Assembly (NCBI GenBank): GCA_963754445.1
Contig: CAVWFT010000003.1
Location: 76,348 to 140,347, forward strand
Reading direction: 5' to 3'
DNA: 64,000 nt
Source of the DNA: an uncultured Acidimicrobiaceae bacterium
Lineage (GTDB): Bacteria; Actinomycetota; Acidimicrobiia; Acidimicrobiales; RAAP-2
Shown here one piece after another: positions 59,694 through 64,000 of this stretch (within the stretch, counting starts at the first letter, position 1; each line of letters begins with the position of its first letter). Both the position numbers and the translations under genes were made by a program. The notes under the pieces are model-generated. The model was given only the letters and a program-made list of their open reading frames with translations, was not told where the DNA came from and did not search any database.

Positions 59694-60724
59694 GCCTGGC
59701 CCAGCGCGTTGAACTCGGCCAGGATGTCGGCGCCGTTGGAGCGCTGGGCGCACCAGTGCTCGACCTCGGCCCGGGTGGCCCGCTGACCTTCCGAGCGGGC
59801 CGGGCCGAGGCTCTGGGCCAACAGCGGCTCCCAGATGCGACCGATCATCTCGTGGCCCGGGTGGTGCCTGCCGTGCTCGCCGATCCAGGTGCGGTCGCGC
59901 ATTTCGCTCAGGGCGGTGCGCAGGTAGCCGACGTGCGGCGTCTCGTCGGCCCGGATGTAGCGCACGAGGTCGGCCGCCGCACCGGCACCGGCCACGAGGT
60001 CGGTGTCGGACATCCACGCCTCGGCCCAGGCGAAGGTGTGGAAGGCGGAGATCTCGATGAAGAGCACACGCACCATGAGGCTGACCATCGTTTCGAGGTC
60101 GGGCGCGATGTCGTCGGGCAGGAGGCGGGCGGTCGTCGCCCCCGGCTCCTTGGGCCCGAAGCCCATGCGGGCCAGCATGGCGTCGATGTCGAGCTCGTCG
60201 ACGGGACGCTCGAAGGCGATGTCACGAGCGGCGAACCACATGTCGCGATGCCCGGCCTCCTCCTCCCAGCCGGCCTCGTCGCGTCCGTGAGCTTCGAACA
60301 GGCCGCCACCGAGATGGTCGATCGCCGTGCCGCGCACGTCCTCGACGAAGAAGCGCTGCATGTCCTTGGGCTTGAGCAGGCGGATGTTGGCGCCGTAACC
60401 CTCGACGGTTCCGATCCGGGTCAGGGTGGCCATGAGCGGCTCGGGCACCCCGGCCCCGATGAGATAGCGGGCCTGCTCCACACTCGGGTACGAACGCTCC
60501 CACCACTCGAGGGGCACCTCGACGATCGATGTGCCGAAGCGTGCGCAATTCTGCTCGGCCCAGGCCGCGATGGCCGGCGCCCGATGCCGCGTGCGGGGCG
60601 ACACGTAGGTGCCGGTGGCGTCGAAGCCACCGTGGCAGCGCACGCCGCCGGCGATGAGCGGCTCGGTGACCACCAGGTCGCTCAGGAGCTCCGCCTCGGT
60701 GAACTCCACCTGTGCCGTGCCCAT
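59690..60724 (-). CDS. Hypothetical protein with ferritin-like/di-iron-type ExxH motifs
   Basis: EEAGH and ETPH motifs in a helical context. ATG 60724 sits behind GGGGAGGAGA. Confidence 0.55.
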   Translation of the reverse strand: MGTAQVEFTEAELLSDLVVTEPLIAGGVRCHGGFDATGTYVSPRTRHRAPAIAAWAEQNCARFGTSIVEVPLEWWERSYPSVEQARYLIGAGVPEPLMATLTRIGTVEGYGANIRLLKPKDMQRFFVEDVRGTAIDHLGGGLFEAHGRDEAGWEEEAGHRDMWFAARDIAFERPVDELDIDAMLARMGFGPKEPGATTARLLPDDIAPDLETMVSLMVRVLFIEISAFHTFAWAEAWMSDTDLVAGAGAAADLVRYIRADETPHVGYLRTALSEMRDRTWIGEHGRHHPGHEMIGRIWEPLLAQSLGPARSEGQRATRAEVEHWCAQRSNGADILAEFNALGQA

Positions 60725-60744
60725 GGGCCGTCTCCTCCCCTTCG

Positions 60745-61365
60745 GTGTGCACTGCCGAGTGTACACTCGCACGTATACAAGTCGAGAGCAAGCTCCTCCC
60801 CCGGGCCGAACGCCGGGCCGCCATCCTCGAGGGGGCGGCGCGCGCCTTCGCCTCGGCCGGATTCGCCGCCACCTCCATGGACGACGTGGCCGCCGAGTGC
60901 GGCGTGACCAAGCTCATCGTCTACCGGCACTTCGAGTCGAAGGAGGAGCTCTACCGCGCCGTCCTCCAGCAGGTCTTCGAGCATCTGGGCCAGGAATTGC
61001 GCACCGAGCTGGCCGAGCCCAGCCATCGGGGTCTGGGTCCCCGGACCCTGCTCACGGTGGCCCGGCACGATCCGGCCGCCTTCACCCTGCTCTGGCGGCA
61101 CGCGGCGCGCGAACCCCAATTCGCCGCCTACGCCGGTGACCTGCGGGCCGTGTCGGTCGACGTCGTGCGCCAGCTGACCGGTCTGGGCACGAGTGACGAG
61201 GTGCTCGACTCCTGGCGGGCCGAGGCGCTCTTCGCCTGGCTCGTCGAGGCGACCTTGTTGTGGCTCGACCGCGGCCTGGCCGCCTACGACGAGGAATTCG
61301 TGCTCCGGACCTCGGCCGGGCTCCGGGCCCTGCGCCAGGCGCTCAGCTCCGAACCGGTGGCCTGA
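60745..61365 (+). CDS. TetR-family transcriptional regulator
   Basis: TetR HTH (SMDDVAAECGVTKLIVYRHFESK). Start is either GTG 60745 or GTG 60712. Confidence 0.85.
   Translation: MCTAECTLARIQVESKLLPRAERRAAILEGAARAFASAGFAATSMDDVAAECGVTKLIVYRHFESKEELYRAVLQQVFEHLGQELRTELAEPSHRGLGPRTLLTVARHDPAAFTLLWRHAAREPQFAAYAGDLRAVSVDVVRQLTGLGTSDEVLDSWRAEALFAWLVEATLLWLDRGLAAYDEEFVLRTSAGLRALRQALSSEPVA
60756..60769. promoter_or_regulatory. Perfect 14-bp palindrome CGAGTGTACACTCG between divergent genes (TetR operator candidate)
   Basis: Read directly. Confidence 0.55.
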
Positions 61366-61390
61366 GCCGCCGTCCGGCCCGTCGCCTGCC

Positions 61391-62212
61391 CTACTTCGGG
61401 CTGGGTCGACGAGGGTCGAGTTTGTGGGCGACCCGGGAAAAGGTCCGGGACGCACCCAACGCCGTCTTCGTGCCCAGCAGGCGCGCCCTGTCCAGCGACG
61501 TGGCCGAGGCCAGGCTGCCCTCCTCGTACCAGCGAGGCCAGCGCTCCCGGGTGACCACGTCGTCCGCCTCGACGGAGTAGTAGTACAGCCCGATGGTGCG
61601 ACGCGGCGCGGCCGAATCCGAAATCGGCTCCACGCTGTGGACGGACCACTGGTCGGTGTTGAAGACCACGCAAGTGCCGAACCTGGGTGAGATCGACACC
61701 GACGGCGTGTCGTCGCCCACGGCGAAGAGGCTCAGCTCGCCCCCGTCGCCCGGACGCCAATCGGGATTGAGGTAGACGAGGACGTTGACCCGGCGACACA
61801 TGGGCAAGGTCGGGTGGAACGGGAAATCGGTATGAGGGATCTGCTTGCCACCGCGCGCCCACCACTGCAGTCCGCCGCCGTGCAGGAACGGGTCGGGCAG
61901 CAGGTTCTCGTACCCGCTGAGCGCGCTGAGGGCCCGCAAGAACCGCGGCTCGTTGAGCTCGTGGACCATGTCTCGGAGGAGCGGCGGCATGAGCTCGATC
62001 CGGCGACAGCTCGACTTGGCCGGCTGGAATTCGGAGGAACGGTCCGCCCAGTTCTCCCATTCAGGACCGGGGAAGGCCCCGGCCACGTCACTCGCCGACG
62101 CCAGGACGAAGTCGTCCAGCACGAGGTGTGGGAAGGGCCGGGCCGCCTTGTACTGGCTGCTCAACGCCGAGATCGCCGGCTCGGAAAGTCGGTCCAGGTC
62201 GAAACAGGACAC
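61391..62212 (-). CDS. 2OG-Fe(II) oxygenase family protein
   Basis: HTD...H facial triad context (IPHTDFPFH...WSVHSV). GTG 62212. Confidence 0.75.
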   Translation of the reverse strand: MSCFDLDRLSEPAISALSSQYKAARPFPHLVLDDFVLASASDVAGAFPGPEWENWADRSSEFQPAKSSCRRIELMPPLLRDMVHELNEPRFLRALSALSGYENLLPDPFLHGGGLQWWARGGKQIPHTDFPFHPTLPMCRRVNVLVYLNPDWRPGDGGELSLFAVGDDTPSVSISPRFGTCVVFNTDQWSVHSVEPISDSAAPRRTIGLYYYSVEADDVVTRERWPRWYEEGSLASATSLDRARLLGTKTALGASRTFSRVAHKLDPRRPSPK

Positions 62213-62311
62213 GGGTGTAACTATTGCATGGCCGTTCCGACCCCTCTTTCGGTGGTGTGGGGGGGCCGTGTGACTGCACTCTGGGCGCAAGGAATGGCCG
62301 TCCCGGATGGG

Positions 62312-62920
62312 TCAGGGGGACGTCCGACCGGTCTTCGAGGGGCGCGACGAGGACCCCGCCAGCCACGCGGCGACGAACTCGGCCACGGCGGCCTCGCTCT
62401 TGCGCAGCCCGTGATCGCCTTCGACGAATTCGAGGGTGACCGGGCCGGGGATCGCTGCGGTCTCGCGCTCGAGCTCTTCGGGGGACGCAAAGGCGTCCCG
62501 TCGCCCCGAGACGAAGAGGCACGGGAGCGCCAGCTGGGCGAAGTGCTCCGTACGCAGGCGCTCGGGCTTGCCCGGCGGGTGGAGCGGGTAACTCACAAGG
62601 ACCAACGCGGCGACCCGCAACCCGCCCGCCGCGGCCAGAGAGCACATGCGTCCGCCGAAGGAACGGCCACCGATGGCGATGCGCCCCGGCGGCACCGTGA
62701 GCCGCTGCGCCAGCGCCGCCGTCGCCTGCGTCACCGTCTCGATGCAGACTGCGGGCGGGTCGGTCCGGCGTTTCCCTGCGGCCTGGGACGGGAACTCGAC
62801 CCGGTCGACAGCGAGGCCGCGCGCCGTCACGGCCCGGTCGATGGTCACGAGTCCCGACTGGTCGCGTCGGGCGCTGGCCCCTGGGGTGAGAACGAGTCCG
62901 GCCGGACGACGCGCCGCCAT
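62312..62920 (-). CDS. Alpha/beta hydrolase, dienelactone-hydrolase-like
   Basis: GGRSFGG nucleophile motif. 202 aa. Confidence 0.75.
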   Translation of the reverse strand: MAARRPAGLVLTPGASARRDQSGLVTIDRAVTARGLAVDRVEFPSQAAGKRRTDPPAVCIETVTQATAALAQRLTVPPGRIAIGGRSFGGRMCSLAAAGGLRVAALVLVSYPLHPPGKPERLRTEHFAQLALPCLFVSGRRDAFASPEELERETAAIPGPVTLEFVEGDHGLRKSEAAVAEFVAAWLAGSSSRPSKTGRTSP

Positions 62921-62970
62921 GGTGCCATTCTGCTCGACCAGAACCAGATGCGAGAGGGCCCGGTGCGAGA

Positions 62971-63783
62971 GTGACCGGCGCTGCGCCGGCGACGGATCCG
63001 GCCGACTGGGTGGCACGGGTGGCTGCGGTCGCCGGGCCGACCCGCTCGCCGCGGCCGCTGGGCGGACGCGCCCACCTGCTCGAGGCGGGCGGCCGGATGC
63101 TCGTGGTCAAGCCCGGACCGGGCGCCTCCGACGAAGCCGAGGGCATCAGGCGGCTCGCCGCCGTGCCCGATGCTCCCCCCGTCCCCGAGATCGTCCTGGC
63201 CGAGCCGGACCTCCTCGTCACCACGGCGGTCGCCCAGGCCCCACGGACGCCCGGGCACGACGAGGCATTGGGCCGAAGCCTGGCGGGGCTGCACGCCCAT
63301 CGAGCCGATCGGTGGGGTGGCGGGTCCTCGTGGATCGGAGCCTGTCCGGTCGAGCCCGCCCCGGCCGCAGACGCCAGCACGTTCTACGGAGCCCGGTTGC
63401 TCGATCTGAGCCGACGATGTGGCCTCGAGAGCACGCTGGCACCGGTGGTCGAACGGCTCGACGAACTTCTTCCTCCCGGCGCTCCGGTCGTGCTCCACGG
63501 GGACCTGTGGTGGGGCAACGTGCTCTTCGCAGCCGACGGGCGGGCGTGGCTCATCGATCCGTCCGTCCACGGAGGCCTCCCCGAAGAGGACCTGGCCATG
63601 CTGGCGCTCTTCGGGCCGGTGCCCGAACGTACCCGCCGGGCCTACGACGAGGTCCTGGCGCCGCTGCCCGGTGCCGACCGGCGCGTCGGCCTGTTCCAGT
63701 TGATCCCGCTCCTGGTGCACACCGTGCTCTTCGGTGGTTCGTACGGAGCCCAGGCGCAAGAAGTGGCCGGGCGCTACCGCTGA
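62971..63783 (+). CDS. Fructosamine/aminoglycoside-kinase-family phosphotransferase
   Basis: HGDLWWGNV...IDPSV catalytic-loop pattern. Confidence 0.8.
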   Translation: MTGAAPATDPADWVARVAAVAGPTRSPRPLGGRAHLLEAGGRMLVVKPGPGASDEAEGIRRLAAVPDAPPVPEIVLAEPDLLVTTAVAQAPRTPGHDEALGRSLAGLHAHRADRWGGGSSWIGACPVEPAPAADASTFYGARLLDLSRRCGLESTLAPVVERLDELLPPGAPVVLHGDLWWGNVLFAADGRAWLIDPSVHGGLPEEDLAMLALFGPVPERTRRAYDEVLAPLPGADRRVGLFQLIPLLVHTVLFGGSYGAQAQEVAGRYR

Positions 63784-63899
63784 TCGGGCTCACCCCGTGT
63801 CGCCGGCCACCTTGTCGGTGAAGGCATCGTCGGCCGTGGGCCGTGCAGCGGCCGCACGATCGCCGGCAGCGCCGGCGGACTGAACCCTGTGCGGCGGCT

Positions 63900-64000
63900 T
63901 CAGGTGTGCTCGGCCCCGTCCACGAACTCCACTGGCGGTTCGAACACGGCCCGGTTGGCGGCGCGACGCAGGGCGGCCAGAACCGGCCGACCGAGCACCA
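63900..64000 (-). CDS. 3' end of an unidentified gene running off the right edge
   Basis: Open minus-strand frame ending ...FEPPVEFVDGAEHT with a stop at 63900..63902. Confidence 0.3.
   Translation of the reverse strand, partial: VLGRPVLAALRRAANRAVFEPPVEFVDGAEHT

Noticed and set aside
1-64000. Mobile elements, prophage, tRNA/rRNA genes and defence systems
   Set aside because: No integrase, transposase or recombinase signatures, no terminal inverted repeats, no cloverleaf-like sequences and no nuclease/STAND defence gene sets were recognised. The two STAND-like ATPases carry LuxR HTH domains typical of LAL regulators.

Overview
This is a very GC-rich segment, roughly 70 percent by eye. GTG/TTG starts and 4-nt start/stop overlaps are frequent, which fits a high-GC Gram-positive (Actinomycetota-like) chromosome. 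I saw no rRNA, tRNA, CRISPR array, transposase or integrase. Coordinates 1 to ~33.2 kb form a large flagellar locus. On the minus strand it runs fliE-fliF-fliG-fliH-fliI-fliJ, a peptidoglycan hydrolase, fliK and a sulfotransferase, then the start of flgB at the left edge. It also holds fliC and fliD-fliS, a three-gene glycosylation island between fliC and flhA, flhA with a degenerate flhF-like gene and csrA, flgN-flgK-flgL-fliW, and flbD-motA-motB-fliL. Coordinates 33.4 to 64 kb are ordinary chromosomal genes: two large LuxR/LAL regulators, TetR and MarR-type regulators, a NarL-type two-component pair, an MFS pump, oxidoreductases, photolyase, hydrolases and secreted proteins. The most interesting signals are regulatory or accessory. 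(1) A sigma-28-like motif T(A/C)AA-N16-(G/T)CCGA(T/C)A sits before nearly every flagellar transcription unit, including early genes, and in two cases it is placed for leaderless mRNAs. (2) A conserved twin GGA-loop hairpin module is shared by the flgB and fliE leaders, and similar GGA hairpins occur in the fliC and flhA leaders next to an encoded CsrA/FliW pair. (3) A sulfotransferase is translationally coupled to fliK, and a flagellin-adjacent glycosyltransferase/FkbH island carries the same promoter type. (4) The FlhF homolog lacks all GTPase motifs. Many long ORFs in the six-frame track are antisense shadow ORFs typical of high-GC DNA and were not called. All calls rest on reading the sequence and on remembered family signatures; no searches were run.
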